A stretch of 64,000 nt of DNA from a phage, in the sequence record PZ154897.1; one strand, 5' to 3'. The notes beneath the pieces were generated by a model. It had not been told where the DNA came from and ran no database searches. It saw only the letters and a program-made list of their open reading frames with translations. Below, piece after piece: positions 1-14,444 of the stretch. A program made the position numbers and the translations under genes. Within the stretch, counting starts at the first letter, position 1, and every line of letters starts with the position of its first letter.

Positions 1-2314
<2,314 letters not shown>

Positions 2315-2342
2315 TATTAAAGCATATTAAAGAGGATTAAAA

Positions 2343-4322
2343 ATGACTTTATTATCTCCGGGCATTGAGCTCAAAGAAACCACGGTTCAAAGCACCGTGG
2401 TTAATAACTCTACTGGTACAGCAGCTTTGGCCGGTAAATTCCAGTGGGGTCCTGCTTTTCAGATTAAACAGGTTACAAATGAAGTAGATTTAGTTAATAC
2501 TTTTGGTCAACCAACCGCTGAAACTGCTGACTATTTTATGTCTGCGATGAATTTCTTGCAGTACGGAAATGACTTACGAGTAGTTCGTGCTGTTGATAGA
2601 GATACCGCTAAAAACTCATCTCCGATTGCCGGTAATATTGAATACACAATTTCTACCCCAGGTAGTAACTACGCAGTTGGAGATAAAATCACGGTCAAAT
2701 ATGTTTCAGATGCTATTGAAACTGAAGGTAAAATTACTGAAGTAGACACAGATGGAAAAATTAAGAAAATTAATATTCCTACTGCAAAAATTATCGCTAA
2801 AGCTAAAGAAGTCGGTGAATATCCGGAATTAGGTTCTAGCTGGACTGCGGAAATTTCTTCATCTTCCTCTGGTTTAGCTGCAGTAATAACTCTTGGAAAA
2901 ATTATTACTGATTCTGGTATTTTATTAGCTGAAATTGAAAATGCTGAAGCTGCTATGACAGAGGTTGGCTTTCAAGCAAATCTCGAAAAATACGGAATTC
3001 CAGGAGTAGTAGCTCTTTATCCAGGCGAATTAGGCGATAAAATTGAAGTTGAAATCGTATCTAAAGCTGACTACGCAAAAGGGGCTTCTGCATTACTGCC
3101 AATTTATCCAGGCGGTGGTACTCGTGCATCTACTGCTAAAGCTGTGTTTGGATATGGACCACAAACTGATTCACAGTACGCTATTATAGTTCGTCGCAAT
3201 GATGCTATTGTTCAAAGTGTTGTTCTTTCAACTAAGCGTGGTGAAAAAGATATTTACGATAGTAACATCTATATCGATGACTTTTTCGCAAAAGGTGGTT
3301 CAGAATATATTTTTGCAACTGCACAAAACTGGCCAGAAGGCTTCTCTGGAATTTTAACTCTGTCTGGTGGATTATCATCAAATGCTGAAGTAACAGCAGG
3401 AGATTTGATGGAAGCTTGGGACTTCTTTGCTGACCGTGAATCCGTTGATGTTCAACTGTTTATTGCGGGTTCTTGTGCCGGTGAATCTTTAGAAACAGCA
3501 TCTACTGTCCAAAAACACGTCGTTTCAATTGGGGATGCTCGCCAAGACTGCTTAGTATTGTGCTCACCACCGCGTGAAACTGTAGTTGGAATTCCTGTAA
3601 CCCGTGCTGTTGATAACTTAGTCAATTGGAGAACTGCGGCAGGTTCATACACTGATAATAACTTTAATATCAGTTCAACCTATGCAGCAATTGATGGTAA
3701 CTATAAGTATCAGTATGACAAATATAATGATGTGAATCGTTGGGTTCCATTAGCAGCTGATATTGCTGGTTTATGCGCAAGAACTGATAACGTATCTCAG
3801 ACTTGGATGTCTCCAGCTGGTTATAATCGTGGTCAGATTCTTAACGTTATTAAACTTGCTATTGAAACTCGCCAGGCTCAGCGCGACCGTTTATACCAAG
3901 AAGCTATCAACCCGGTAACCGGTACAGGTGGTGATGGTTACGTATTGTATGGTGATAAAACAGCTACTTCTGTTCCTTCTCCATTTGATCGTATTAACGT
4001 TCGTCGTCTGTTTAATATGTTGAAAACGAATATCGGACGTAGTTCAAAATATCGTTTGTTCGAATTAAACAACGCGTTTACCCGTTCATCGTTCCGCACA
4101 GAAACTGCCCAATACTTACAGGGAATTAAAGCTCTCGGTGGAATTTATGAATATCGTGTAGTTTGCGATACAACAAATAACACTCCGTCAGTAATTGATA
4201 GAAATGAGTTTGTTGCAACATTCTACATCCAACCGGCTAGAAGTATAAATTATATCCAACTTAATTTCGTCGCAACTGCTACTGGTGCAGATTTCGACGA
4301 GTTAACTGGTCTTGCAGGTTAA
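2343..4322 (+). CDS. 18: tail sheath protein gp18
   Basis: 659-aa ORF, same length and sequence as T4 gp18 by recall. Confidence 0.95.
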   Translation: MTLLSPGIELKETTVQSTVVNNSTGTAALAGKFQWGPAFQIKQVTNEVDLVNTFGQPTAETADYFMSAMNFLQYGNDLRVVRAVDRDTAKNSSPIAGNIEYTISTPGSNYAVGDKITVKYVSDAIETEGKITEVDTDGKIKKINIPTAKIIAKAKEVGEYPELGSSWTAEISSSSSGLAAVITLGKIITDSGILLAEIENAEAAMTEVGFQANLEKYGIPGVVALYPGELGDKIEVEIVSKADYAKGASALLPIYPGGGTRASTAKAVFGYGPQTDSQYAIIVRRNDAIVQSVVLSTKRGEKDIYDSNIYIDDFFAKGGSEYIFATAQNWPEGFSGILTLSGGLSSNAEVTAGDLMEAWDFFADRESVDVQLFIAGSCAGESLETASTVQKHVVSIGDARQDCLVLCSPPRETVVGIPVTRAVDNLVNWRTAAGSYTDNNFNISSTYAAIDGNYKYQYDKYNDVNRWVPLAADIAGLCARTDNVSQTWMSPAGYNRGQILNVIKLAIETRQAQRDRLYQEAINPVTGTGGDGYVLYGDKTATSVPSPFDRINVRRLFNMLKTNIGRSSKYRLFELNNAFTRSSFRTETAQYLQGIKALGGIYEYRVVCDTTNNTPSVIDRNEFVATFYIQPARSINYIQLNFVATATGADFDELTGLAG

Positions 4323-4357
4323 TACGGTGCATTCTAAAGGCCTGTTTCGGCAGGCCA

Positions 4358-4365
4358 TATAAATA
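4358..4365 (+). promoter_or_regulatory. late promoter TATAAATA (P19 distal)
   Basis: Exact late consensus in 18-19 intergenic region, after GGCCTG/CAGGCC hairpin. Confidence 0.6.
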
Positions 4366-4416
4366 CACTATATCCTTAATTCTTTAATTCTATATGCCCT
4401 AGGTTAAACATAGGGA

Positions 4417-4424
4417 TATAAATA
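4417..4424 (+). promoter_or_regulatory. late promoter TATAAATA (P19 proximal)
   Basis: Exact late consensus 15 nt upstream of gene 19 ATG. Confidence 0.7.
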
Positions 4425-4438
4425 CTACAGAGGCTAAT

Positions 4439-4930
4439 ATGTTTGTAGATGATGTAACACGAGCGTTTGAATCTGGTGATTTTGCTCGACCTAACTTATT
4501 CCAAGTAGAAATTTCTTATCTTGGACAAAATTTTACGTTTCAATGTAAAGCCACTGCTTTACCAGCTGGTATTGTAGAAAAAATTCCAGTCGGATTTATG
4601 AACCGTAAAATTAACGTAGCAGGCGATCGTACATTCGATGACTGGACTGTTACAGTAATGAACGATGAGGCACATGATGCTCGCCAGAAGTTTGTTGATT
4701 GGCAAAGCATTGCTGCTGGGCAAGGGAACGAAATTACTGGTGGAAAACCAGCAGAGTATAAAAAGAGTGCTATCGTTCGTCAATATGCTCGTGACGCTAA
4801 AACAGTAACAAAAGAAATCGAAATTAAAGGCTTGTGGCCTACTAACGTGGGTGAACTTCAATTAGATTGGGATTCAAACAATGAAATCCAAACATTTGAA
4901 GTAACTCTTGCTCTCGATTATTGGGAATAA
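4439..4930 (+). CDS. 19: tail tube protein gp19
   Basis: 163-aa ORF; T4 gp19 length and sequence by recall. Confidence 0.95.
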   Translation: MFVDDVTRAFESGDFARPNLFQVEISYLGQNFTFQCKATALPAGIVEKIPVGFMNRKINVAGDRTFDDWTVTVMNDEAHDARQKFVDWQSIAAGQGNEITGGKPAEYKKSAIVRQYARDAKTVTKEIEIKGLWPTNVGELQLDWDSNNEIQTFEVTLALDYWE

Positions 4931-4977
4931 AATGAATGGGGAGAAATCCCCATCCTGCTTAAAGCAGAGAAGTCCAT

Positions 4978-4985
4978 TATAAATA
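4978..4985 (+). promoter_or_regulatory. late promoter TATAAATA (P20)
   Basis: Exact late consensus about 30 nt upstream of gene 20. Confidence 0.7.
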
Positions 4986-4994
4986 TAACTATAA

Positions 4995-6589
<1,595 letters not shown>

Positions 6590-6590
<1 letters not shown>

Positions 6591-6838
6591 TGGAAGGTTT
6601 AATTGAAGCTATTAAATCAAACGACCTCGTAGCCGCTCGTAAATTATTTGCTGAAGCCATGGCTGCAAGAACGATTGATTTAATTAAAGAAGAAAAAATC
6701 GCTATCGCTCGTAATTTCTTAATCGAAGGTGAAGCACCTGAAGACGAGGATGATGACGAAGACGAAGATGGTGATGATAAAGACGACAAAAAAGACAAAG
6801 ACTCTGACGAAGATGACGAAGACGAGGATGATGAATAA
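6590..6838 (+). CDS. 67: prohead core protein gp67 with acidic C-terminal tail
   Basis: 82-aa ORF between 20 and 68; Asp/Glu-rich tail; T4 gene order. Confidence 0.8.
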
Positions 6839-7263
6839 TGCTTCTGATCCCTGAAACTCATGAATTAGTTCTCGAGAATGTCGAAGCACTTATTCCTGAA
6901 GCACAGGGTCGCTTTGACGAATTGTCTTCTGCTTTAAATAAAGACGATATAAATACAATTGTCGAGAATATGCTTGATGATGAAACTGATTTAGCGATTG
7001 CATTAGCTTCTATTAATGAAAATATGCCGTTAAATGAATTCATTGTTAAGCATGTTTCAGCTCGTGGTGAAATTACTCGCACTAAAGATCGCAAAACCCG
7101 CGAACGAAATGCATTTCAAACCACTGGGCTGTCTAAAGCAAAACGTAGACAAATTGCTCGTAAAGCTACCAAAACGAAGATTGCCAATCCAGCAGGTCAA
7201 TCTCGTGCTCAGCGTAAGCGTAAAAAAGCTCTTAAACGCCGTAAAGCATTAGGATTAAGCTAA
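6838..7263 (+). CDS. 68: prohead core protein gp68
   Basis: 141-aa ORF, basic C-terminus; position between 67 and 21. Confidence 0.8.
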   Translation: MLLIPETHELVLENVEALIPEAQGRFDELSSALNKDDINTIVENMLDDETDLAIALASINENMPLNEFIVKHVSARGEITRTKDRKTRERNAFQTTGLSKAKRRQIARKATKTKIANPAGQSRAQRKRKKALKRRKALGLS

Positions 7264-7901
7264 TGAATGAACCCCAATTACTAATTGAAACTTGGGGTCA
7301 ACCTGGCGAAATTATTGATGGCGTACCAATGCTTGAATCTCATGATGGAAAAGACCTAGGTTTAAAACCTGGTTTATACATCGAAGGAATATTCATGCAA
7401 GCGGAAGTCGTCAATAGAAATAAACGTCTTTATCCAAAACGTATATTAGAAAAAGCGGTAAAAGACTATATTAATGAGCAAGTTTTAACTAAACAAGCTC
7501 TCGGAGAATTAAATCATCCTCCACGCGCTAATGTTGACCCGATGCAAGCCGCTATCATTATAGAAGATATGTGGTGGAAAGGAAATGACGTATACGGACG
7601 AGCTCGTGTTATTGAAGGTGACCATGGTCCTGGAGATAAATTAGCAGCTAATATTCGTGCCGGATGGATTCCAGGAGTTTCTTCTCGTGGATTAGGTTCA
7701 TTGACTGACACAAATAAAGGTTATCGTATCGTAAACGAAGGATTCAAATTAACTGTAGGTGTTGATGCGGTATGGGGTCCAAGTGCTCCAGATGCATGGG
7801 TAACTCCTAAGGAAATTACAGAATCACAGACGGCGGAAGCCGATACAAGTGCCGATGACGCCTATATGGCTCTCGCAGAGGCCATGAAAAAAGCGTTATA
7901 A
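7263..7901 (+). CDS. 21: prohead core protease gp21
   Basis: 212-aa ORF; T4 gp21 length; gene order. Confidence 0.9.
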   Translation: MNEPQLLIETWGQPGEIIDGVPMLESHDGKDLGLKPGLYIEGIFMQAEVVNRNKRLYPKRILEKAVKDYINEQVLTKQALGELNHPPRANVDPMQAAIIIEDMWWKGNDVYGRARVIEGDHGPGDKLAANIRAGWIPGVSSRGLGSLTDTNKGYRIVNEGFKLTVGVDAVWGPSAPDAWVTPKEITESQTAEADTSADDAYMALAEAMKKAL

Positions 7902-7904
7902 ATA
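7897..7904 (+). promoter_or_regulatory. late promoter TATAAATA (P22)
   Basis: Exact late consensus overlapping gene 21 stop, 28 nt upstream of gene 22. Confidence 0.7.
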
Positions 7905-7931
7905 TTATTATCTAAACAACAGGACTACAAA

Positions 7932-8741
7932 ATGCTTAAAGAACAACTGATTGCCGAAGCGCAGAAAATTGATGCTTCCGTTGCTCTTGATAGTATTTTC
8001 GAATCAGTTAATATTTCTCCGGAAGCAAAAGAAACTTTCGGCACTGTATTCGAAGCTACCGTCAAGCAGCACGCCGTTAAATTAGCTGAATCTCATATCG
8101 CCAAAATTGCTGAAAAAGCAGAAGAAGAAGTAGAAAAAAATAAAGAAGAAGCCGAAGAAAAAGCTGAGAAGAAAATCGCTGAGCAAGCTTCTAAATTCAT
8201 CGACCATCTTGCGAAAGAATGGCTCGCCGAAAATAAATTAGCAGTTGATAAAGGCATCAAAGCCGAACTGTTTGAATCCATGCTTGGTGGATTAAAAGAG
8301 CTCTTTGTTGAACACAACGTTGTTGTTCCAGAAGAATCAGTTGATGTTGTGGCTGAAATGGAAGAAGAGCTGCAAGAACATAAAGAAGAATCAGCTCGTC
8401 TGTTCGAAGAACTCAATAAGCGTGACGCATATATCAATTATGTGCAGCGTGAAGTGGCATTGAGCGAAAGTACTAAAGATCTGACTGAGTCTCAAAAAGA
8501 AAAAGTCTCTGCTCTGGTCGAAGGTATGGATTATTCAGATGAATTCTCAAGTAAATTGAGTGCCATCGTAGAAATGGTGAAGAAGTCTAATAAAGATGAA
8601 AGCACTATTACTGAGGGTATAAATACTCCTGATACTGAAGCAGCCGGACTGAATTTCGTCACTGAAGCTGTAGAAGATAAAGCTGCACAGGGTGCAGAAG
8701 ATATTGTAAGTGTATATGCGAAAGTCGCATCTCGTTTCTAA
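7932..8741 (+). CDS. 22: prohead core scaffold protein gp22
   Basis: 269-aa ORF, Glu/Lys-rich coiled-coil-like; T4 gp22 length. Confidence 0.9.
   Translation: MLKEQLIAEAQKIDASVALDSIFESVNISPEAKETFGTVFEATVKQHAVKLAESHIAKIAEKAEEEVEKNKEEAEEKAEKKIAEQASKFIDHLAKEWLAENKLAVDKGIKAELFESMLGGLKELFVEHNVVVPEESVDVVAEMEEELQEHKEESARLFEELNKRDAYINYVQREVALSESTKDLTESQKEKVSALVEGMDYSDEFSSKLSAIVEMVKKSNKDESTITEGINTPDTEAAGLNFVTEAVEDKAAQGAEDIVSVYAKVASRF
8628..8635 (+). promoter_or_regulatory. late promoter TATAAATA inside 3' end of gene 22 (P23)
   Basis: Exact late consensus about 125 nt upstream of gene 23, in gene 22 coding sequence. Confidence 0.55.
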
Positions 8742-8759
8742 TTTTAAAGGTTAACACAA

Positions 8760-10325
8760 ATGACTATCAAAACTAAAGCTGAACTTTTGAACAAATGGAA
8801 GCCATTACTGGAAGGTGAAGGTTTACCGGAAATTGCTAATAGCAAACAAGCGATTATCGCTAAAATCTTTGAAAACCAGGAAAAAGATTTCCAGACAGCT
8901 CCGGAATATAAAGACGAAAAAATTGCTCAGGCATTCGGTTCTTTCTTAACAGAAGCTGAAATCGGTGGTGACCACGGTTACAATGCTACTAACATCGCTG
9001 CAGGTCAGACTTCTGGCGCAGTAACTCAGATTGGCCCAGCTGTTATGGGTATGGTACGTCGTGCTATTCCTAACCTGATTGCTTTCGATATTTGCGGTGT
9101 TCAGCCGATGAACAGCCCAACTGGTCAGGTATTCGCACTGCGCGCAGTATATGGTAAAGACCCAATCGCTTCCGGTGCTAAAGAAGCATTCCACCCAATG
9201 TATGGTCCAGATGCAATGTTCTCTGGTCAGGGTGCTGCTAAGAAATTCGCTGCTTTGAAAGCAAGTGATACTCTTGAAGTCGGAACTATTTACACTCACT
9301 TCTTCCAGGAAACTGGTACAGTATATCTGCAAGCTACAGCAGCTAAACAAATTGATTTAGGCGCATCTGACGCAGATAAATTAGATGCTGAAATTAAGAA
9401 ACAAATGGAAGCTGGTGTACTGGTAGAAATCGCTGAAGGTATGGCTACTTCTATCGCTGAACTTCAGGAAGGTTTCAATGGTTCTACCGATAACCCATGG
9501 AATGAAATGGGCTTCCGTATCGATAAACAAGTTATCGAAGCTAAATCTCGCCAGCTGAAAGCTGCTTACTCTATCGAATTAGCACAAGACCTCCGCGCTG
9601 TTCACGGTATGGATGCTGATGCTGAACTGTCTGGTATTCTGGCTACAGAAATCATGCTGGAAATCAACCGTGAAGTTGTTGATTGGATTAACTACTCCGC
9701 TCAGGTTGGTAAATCTGGTATGACCCTGACTCCAGGTTCTAAAGCTGGTGTATTTGACTTCCAGGATCCGATTGATATTCGTGGTGCTCGCTGGGCGGGT
9801 GAATCCTTTAAAGCTCTGTTGTTCCAGATTGACAAAGAAGCAGTTGAAATTGCTCGTCAGACCGGTCGTGGTGAAGGTAACTTCATTATCGCTTCCCGTA
9901 ACGTAGTTAACGTTCTGGCTTCAGTTGATACTGGCATTTCTTATGCTGCACAGGGTCTGGCTACCGGCTTTAACACTGATACTACCAAGTCAGTATTTGC
10001 TGGTGTTCTGGGTGGTAAATACCGTGTATATATCGACCAGTATGCTAAACAGGATTATTTCACCGTAGGTTATAAAGGTCCGAACGAAATGGATGCAGGT
10101 ATTTACTATGCTCCATATGTAGCTCTGACTCCGCTGCGTGGTTCCGATCCGAAGAACTTCCAACCAGTAATGGGATTCAAAACTCGTTATGGTATCGGTA
10201 TCAACCCATTTGCAGAATCCGCTGCTCAGGCTCCGGCTTCTCGCATCCAGAGCGGTATGCCTTCTATTCTGAATAGCCTTGGTAAAAACGCTTACTTCCG
10301 CCGTGTATATGTTAAAGGTATCTAA
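8760..10325 (+). CDS. 23: major capsid protein gp23
   Basis: 521-aa ORF, sequence matches T4 gp23 by recall. Confidence 0.97.
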   Translation: MTIKTKAELLNKWKPLLEGEGLPEIANSKQAIIAKIFENQEKDFQTAPEYKDEKIAQAFGSFLTEAEIGGDHGYNATNIAAGQTSGAVTQIGPAVMGMVRRAIPNLIAFDICGVQPMNSPTGQVFALRAVYGKDPIASGAKEAFHPMYGPDAMFSGQGAAKKFAALKASDTLEVGTIYTHFFQETGTVYLQATAAKQIDLGASDADKLDAEIKKQMEAGVLVEIAEGMATSIAELQEGFNGSTDNPWNEMGFRIDKQVIEAKSRQLKAAYSIELAQDLRAVHGMDADAELSGILATEIMLEINREVVDWINYSAQVGKSGMTLTPGSKAGVFDFQDPIDIRGARWAGESFKALLFQIDKEAVEIARQTGRGEGNFIIASRNVVNVLASVDTGISYAAQGLATGFNTDTTKSVFAGVLGGKYRVYIDQYAKQDYFTVGYKGPNEMDAGIYYAPYVALTPLRGSDPKNFQPVMGFKTRYGIGINPFAESAAQAPASRIQSGMPSILNSLGKNAYFRRVYVKGI

Positions 10326-10338
10326 TCTTTGACGATTT

Positions 10339-10358
10339 AAGGGACCTTCGGGTCCCTT
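10339..10358 (+). terminator. intrinsic terminator hairpin after gene 23
   Basis: AAGGGACC-TTCG-GGTCCCTT stem-loop followed by T-rich tract. Confidence 0.8.
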
Positions 10359-10373
10359 TAGTTGTTTTTATGG

Positions 10374-10381
10374 TATAAATA
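10374..10381 (+). promoter_or_regulatory. late promoter TATAAATA (P24)
   Basis: Exact late consensus 28 nt upstream of gene 24. Confidence 0.7.
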
Positions 10382-10408
10382 AATCATATAAACCAAAAGG
10401 AAAGCGCA

Positions 10409-11692
10409 ATGGCTAAAATCAACGAACTTCTGCGCGAATCAACCACAACGAATAGCAACTCAATCGGTCGCCCAAATCTCGTTGCTTTGACTCGCGCTAC
10501 CACTAAATTAATATATTCCGACATTGTAGCAACACAAAGAACTAATCAACCTGTTGCTGCTTTTTACGGTATCAAATACCTTAATCCAGATAACGAATTT
10601 ACTTTTAAAACTGGTGCTACTTACGCTGGCGAAGCTGGGTATGTAGACCGAGAACAAATCACAGAATTAACAGAAGAGTCTAAATTAACTCTCAATAAAG
10701 GCGATTTATTCAAATATAATAATATCGTTTATAAAGTATTAGAAAATACACCATTTGCTGATATTGAAGAAAGCGATTTAGAATTAGCTCTTCAGATTGC
10801 AATTGTTCTTTTAAAGGTTCGTCTATTTTCTGACGCAGCATCAACGAGCAAATTTGAAAGCTCTGATAGCGAAATTGCTGATGCTAGATTCCAGATTAAT
10901 AAATGGCAAACCGCAGTTAAATCTCGTAAACTTAAAACTGGCATTACAGTTGAATTAGCACAAGATTTAGAAGCAAATGGATTCGATGCTCCTAATTTCT
11001 TGGAAGATTTGCTTGCAACTGAAATGGCGGATGAAATCAATAAAGATATTCTACAGTCTTTGATTACAGTATCAAAACGCTATAAAGTTACAGGAATTAC
11101 TGATACTGGATTCATTGATTTGAGTTATGCATCTGCACCTGAAGCCGGTCGTTCATTATACCGAATGGTATGCGAAATGGTTTCACATATCCAGAAAGAA
11201 TCAACTTATACTGCAACGTTCTGTGTTGCTTCAGCTCGTGCTGCTGCGATTCTTGCTGCATCAGGTTGGTTAAAACATAAACCAGAAGATGATAAATATC
11301 TTTCACAAAATGCCTACGGGTTCTTAGCTAATGGTTTACCGCTTTATTGCGATACCAACAGCCCATTAGATTATGTAATCGTTGGCGTAGTAGAAAATAT
11401 TGGTGAAAAAGAAATTGTTGGGTCAATTTTCTATGCTCCGTATACAGAAGGTCTTGACTTAGATGACCCTGAACATGTAGGTGCATTTAAAGTTGTAGTT
11501 GATCCAGAAAGTTTGCAGCCATCTATCGGTTTATTAGTTAGATATGCTTTATCTGCAAATCCTTACACTGTAGCAAAAGATGAAAAAGAAGCAAGAGTAA
11601 TTGATGGTGGAGACATGGATAAAATGGCGGGTCGTTCAGATTTGTCTGTTTTATTAGGTGTTAAACTACCAAAAATTATCGTTGATGAATAA
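10409..11692 (+). CDS. 24: capsid vertex protein gp24
   Basis: 427-aa ORF, gp23-like fold motifs; T4 gp24 length. Confidence 0.93.
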   Translation: MAKINELLRESTTTNSNSIGRPNLVALTRATTKLIYSDIVATQRTNQPVAAFYGIKYLNPDNEFTFKTGATYAGEAGYVDREQITELTEESKLTLNKGDLFKYNNIVYKVLENTPFADIEESDLELALQIAIVLLKVRLFSDAASTSKFESSDSEIADARFQINKWQTAVKSRKLKTGITVELAQDLEANGFDAPNFLEDLLATEMADEINKDILQSLITVSKRYKVTGITDTGFIDLSYASAPEAGRSLYRMVCEMVSHIQKESTYTATFCVASARAAAILAASGWLKHKPEDDKYLSQNAYGFLANGLPLYCDTNSPLDYVIVGVVENIGEKEIVGSIFYAPYTEGLDLDDPEHVGAFKVVVDPESLQPSIGLLVRYALSANPYTVAKDEKEARVIDGGDMDKMAGRSDLSVLLGVKLPKIIVDE

Positions 11693-11695
11693 AAC

Positions 11696-11719
11696 AAAGG
11701 GACCGAAAGGTCCCTTTTT
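11696..11719. terminator. bidirectional terminator hairpin between convergent 24 and rnlB
   Basis: GGGACC-GAAA-GGTCCC stem flanked by A-run and T-run. Confidence 0.8.
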
Positions 11720-11721
11720 AT

Positions 11722-12726
11722 TTAACTTACCAATTCAATCCAAGCCGGACGAAGTACATCTTGTACCATTTTAACTAATTCCTTCTTAATCAAAGAAGGA
11801 TTATCCGCTTGAGTTAAAGTAATACCTTCACGAGAAGTTTCTTCCAAAATATCTTGAACAGTTAGTCCCATCACCTTTCCAAAATCTTTTGGACCAATTT
11901 CGCCAATTTTAGAAATAACGTTATTTACTCGGTTCAGTGTAACGTAGCAAGCTAAAATTCCCAGCAATTTATTATCAGCTTCTGACAGCTCAACTTTAGC
12001 TTTAATAGGCTTATCAGACTTTTTCTTTTCGCTAAATTTAGAGTTCTTGCATTTGATAGCTACGCGATTGCCATTAGGCATCCAAGAAGGATAACAAGGT
12101 TTCAATACATATCCTTCAGCGGTAAATACTTCGCCTTTTGCTTCAGCATTCCAAACGCATTTATTTGCATCAACTAATCCAGCATGGTCTACCGTAAAAT
12201 TATAATCTTGGACGACAGAATCTAAATCATTTGGCAATTTAATAAGCTCTTCAAATTTACCGCGACCTAAAAGTGGAGCCATTTTAAATTTAAATGTATT
12301 GCAGAATGATTCCATCATATAATCATCGACATAAGTCACATCACCACTTTCGGTAGTAACAATAATGTCAAATACATAAAAATCTTTATCACCATAATCG
12401 ACATTCTTCTGAATGCCAGGTCCGGCGAATTCGCCAAAAACTTGATAAGATACAACCGCTGAAGTTTCCATAATATCTTGTACTGCTTTAATGGAATCAG
12501 CATAATTCTTCAAAATAATTTCATACCCAAAGAAATCTTCAGCAGGAAGAATAGGACCAGTTCGTTTAGCACAAGTTACTTTATCACGCTCAATAATCAA
12601 TGAGAAATTTGTGCCATGAATCTTTTCACGAGCTACCCATTCGCCGCCAGTCAATCCTAAACTGTAAAGTTTTTCAATGAATTTAGAATTGTAATGATTT
12701 TCAAGACTGCTATACTTTTTAAACAT
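11722..12726 (-). CDS. rnlB: RNA ligase 2
   Basis: 334-aa ORF, same length as T4 Rnl2; position after gene 24. Confidence 0.85.
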   Translation of the reverse strand: MFKKYSSLENHYNSKFIEKLYSLGLTGGEWVAREKIHGTNFSLIIERDKVTCAKRTGPILPAEDFFGYEIILKNYADSIKAVQDIMETSAVVSYQVFGEFAGPGIQKNVDYGDKDFYVFDIIVTTESGDVTYVDDYMMESFCNTFKFKMAPLLGRGKFEELIKLPNDLDSVVQDYNFTVDHAGLVDANKCVWNAEAKGEVFTAEGYVLKPCYPSWMPNGNRVAIKCKNSKFSEKKKSDKPIKAKVELSEADNKLLGILACYVTLNRVNNVISKIGEIGPKDFGKVMGLTVQDILEETSREGITLTQADNPSLIKKELVKMVQDVLRPAWIELVS

Positions 12727-12735
12727 AATTAATCC

Positions 12736-13014
12736 TCAAAATGTAATTTCTAACCAATCACCATCACGCTGATCACTATTGACTTTAAAGCTAAATCCTT
12801 CTTTTCTCAGCCAATCACCAATTTCTTCAGTAATCAATTTATCGCGAGCAGTACAATAATAACTAAAATATGTTTTACCTTGTTCAGCTGCTTTATTAGC
12901 AAGTTCCGAAAAATCTTTAATAAAACACTCTAGTTTAAACTGTTTACTTTTAAGTGCTTTTTCGCGTAATTGATTAGCAAAAGATTCATTTTCATAAAGA
13001 TCATACTGTTCCAT
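12736..13014 (-). CDS. hypothetical protein (T4 24.2 position)
   Basis: 92-aa ORF, synteny only. Confidence 0.5.
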   Translation of the reverse strand: MEQYDLYENESFANQLREKALKSKQFKLECFIKDFSELANKAAEQGKTYFSYYCTARDKLITEEIGDWLRKEGFSFKVNSDQRDGDWLEITF

Positions 13015-13216
13015 TTTTCACCTTTTTATTAATGTGTCTTTTTCTATAGACAACTTTTTCTCGAGTCTCAAATTTATTCTTAGCAGTCATAGCTCGAGCC
13101 CATAATACAGCCACTTCTTTCGCCTGTAAGTTCAATTCACGAGCAATTTCAATGAATGACTTTCCAGACTCATGAAGAGTAAACACCACAACCTCAGTTC
13201 TCATAATCAATCTCAT
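13001..13216 (-). CDS. hypothetical small protein with helix-turn-helix-like segment (T4 24.3 position)
   Basis: 71-aa ORF; SGKSFIEIARELNLQAKEV resembles an HTH. Confidence 0.5.
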   Translation of the reverse strand: MRLIMRTEVVVFTLHESGKSFIEIARELNLQAKEVAVLWARAMTAKNKFETREKVVYRKRHINKKVKNGTV

Positions 13217-13284
13217 GTTATCGAGTTGGTGCCATTATATACATCATTTTCTGAGTGTGTTTTGTGTGCTTTCAAAATGAAGAA

Positions 13285-13300
13285 AGGGGCCGAAGCCCCT
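13285..13300 (-). terminator. hairpin terminator downstream of hoc
   Basis: AGGGGC-CGAA-GCCCCT; U-rich on minus strand after stem. Confidence 0.6.
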
Positions 13301-13304
13301 AAGA

Positions 13305-14435
13305 TTATGGATAGGTATAGATGATACCAGTTTCTAAAGCAGTTTTATGAATGATGTATCCATTACGTGATTCTTGAACATCAACTTCTGGATAGTCTTT
13401 CATCATCTTCTGAAGAGTGTAACGATGCAGGTAGTATTTACTGTCTGGATCTTCAGTTTTCCAATCTTTACCTTCTTCAGTCATTTTTTGAATTTCATCC
13501 ATAACCCACCAACCGCACCAGATATAAGCTGAAGTACGATGTGGAAGAGGATGAACATAAGGTAATTCACCTTCTGGTTCCGGAGCAACTTTATCAGTTA
13601 CCTGAACTTGACCTTCTGCTGTGATAGTTTTGCTATCATAATCAGTTGCTGTAACGACAGCAGTAACTTCAATAGTTTGACTTCCAACAGATGAGGTATC
13701 GACAGTATATACGTTAGTTGACCCTTCTACAGGAGAAGAATCTTTCTTCCACGAGTAAGTAATTTGTGCTGCGTCAGGTGCGCCAGTAACATTAGCAGTA
13801 AATGTAGCCGAAGCATCCTGCTGAACATTAATAGAAGGAGGAGTCAATGCAATCTGTGGATTCATTGTCTTCTTATTAACTGTCAATGATACTTCATTAG
13901 AAGTAACTTCTTTTGTATCATAATCTGTCGCTGTTACTTGAGCTACACACTTAATTTTTTTAACTCCGCTTGTAGTAGGAGTGTAATTGAATGTAGCACT
14001 AGTTGCTTCGCTCACAGGAGAACCATCTACATGCCACTGATACGTAGCAGATGCACCTGATGGTTGAGAAGCTAAGGCAGCGGTAAATTCAACAGGAGTT
14101 CCAATTACTCCAGCAGCAGGACTAGCAGGAGTTACAGCTAAGGTAGTTGTCTGTGTCTTATTTTGAACTGTGATAGTTGTAGAAGCTTCTGCTGTTTCGG
14201 GACTACTATCGGCAACTTGATTGGTTGCAACTACTTTAATAGTCTTTTGCCCGGAAGGTCCTTTTAGTACATAACTAAAAGTTGCTGACGTTTCTTCCTG
14301 TGGAGAGTCGTCTACAGTCCAAGCATATGTAATAGGTCCATCTCCAGTTTGACCACTGGGTGTAGCAGTAAACTGCTGAGTCTGATCTATAACTCCAGTA
14401 GGTGTTTTAGGAGTTATATCAACTGTAAAAGTCAT
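13305..14435 (-). CDS. hoc: highly immunogenic outer capsid protein Hoc (Ig-like repeats)
   Basis: 376-aa ORF, repeated Ig-like T/S-rich modules; T4 Hoc length. Confidence 0.85.
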   Translation of the reverse strand: MTFTVDITPKTPTGVIDQTQQFTATPSGQTGDGPITYAWTVDDSPQEETSATFSYVLKGPSGQKTIKVVATNQVADSSPETAEASTTITVQNKTQTTTLAVTPASPAAGVIGTPVEFTAALASQPSGASATYQWHVDGSPVSEATSATFNYTPTTSGVKKIKCVAQVTATDYDTKEVTSNEVSLTVNKKTMNPQIALTPPSINVQQDASATFTANVTGAPDAAQITYSWKKDSSPVEGSTNVYTVDTSSVGSQTIEVTAVVTATDYDSKTITAEGQVQVTDKVAPEPEGELPYVHPLPHRTSAYIWCGWWVMDEIQKMTEEGKDWKTEDPDSKYYLHRYTLQKMMKDYPEVDVQESRNGYIIHKTALETGIIYTYP

Positions 14436-14444
14436 AAGTTATCC

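Noticed and set aside
8093-8437. 114-aa minus-strand Ser-rich ORF inside gene 22
   Set aside because: Antisense to the Glu/Lys-rich scaffold gene; no RBS or promoter; artifact of low-complexity coding sequence.
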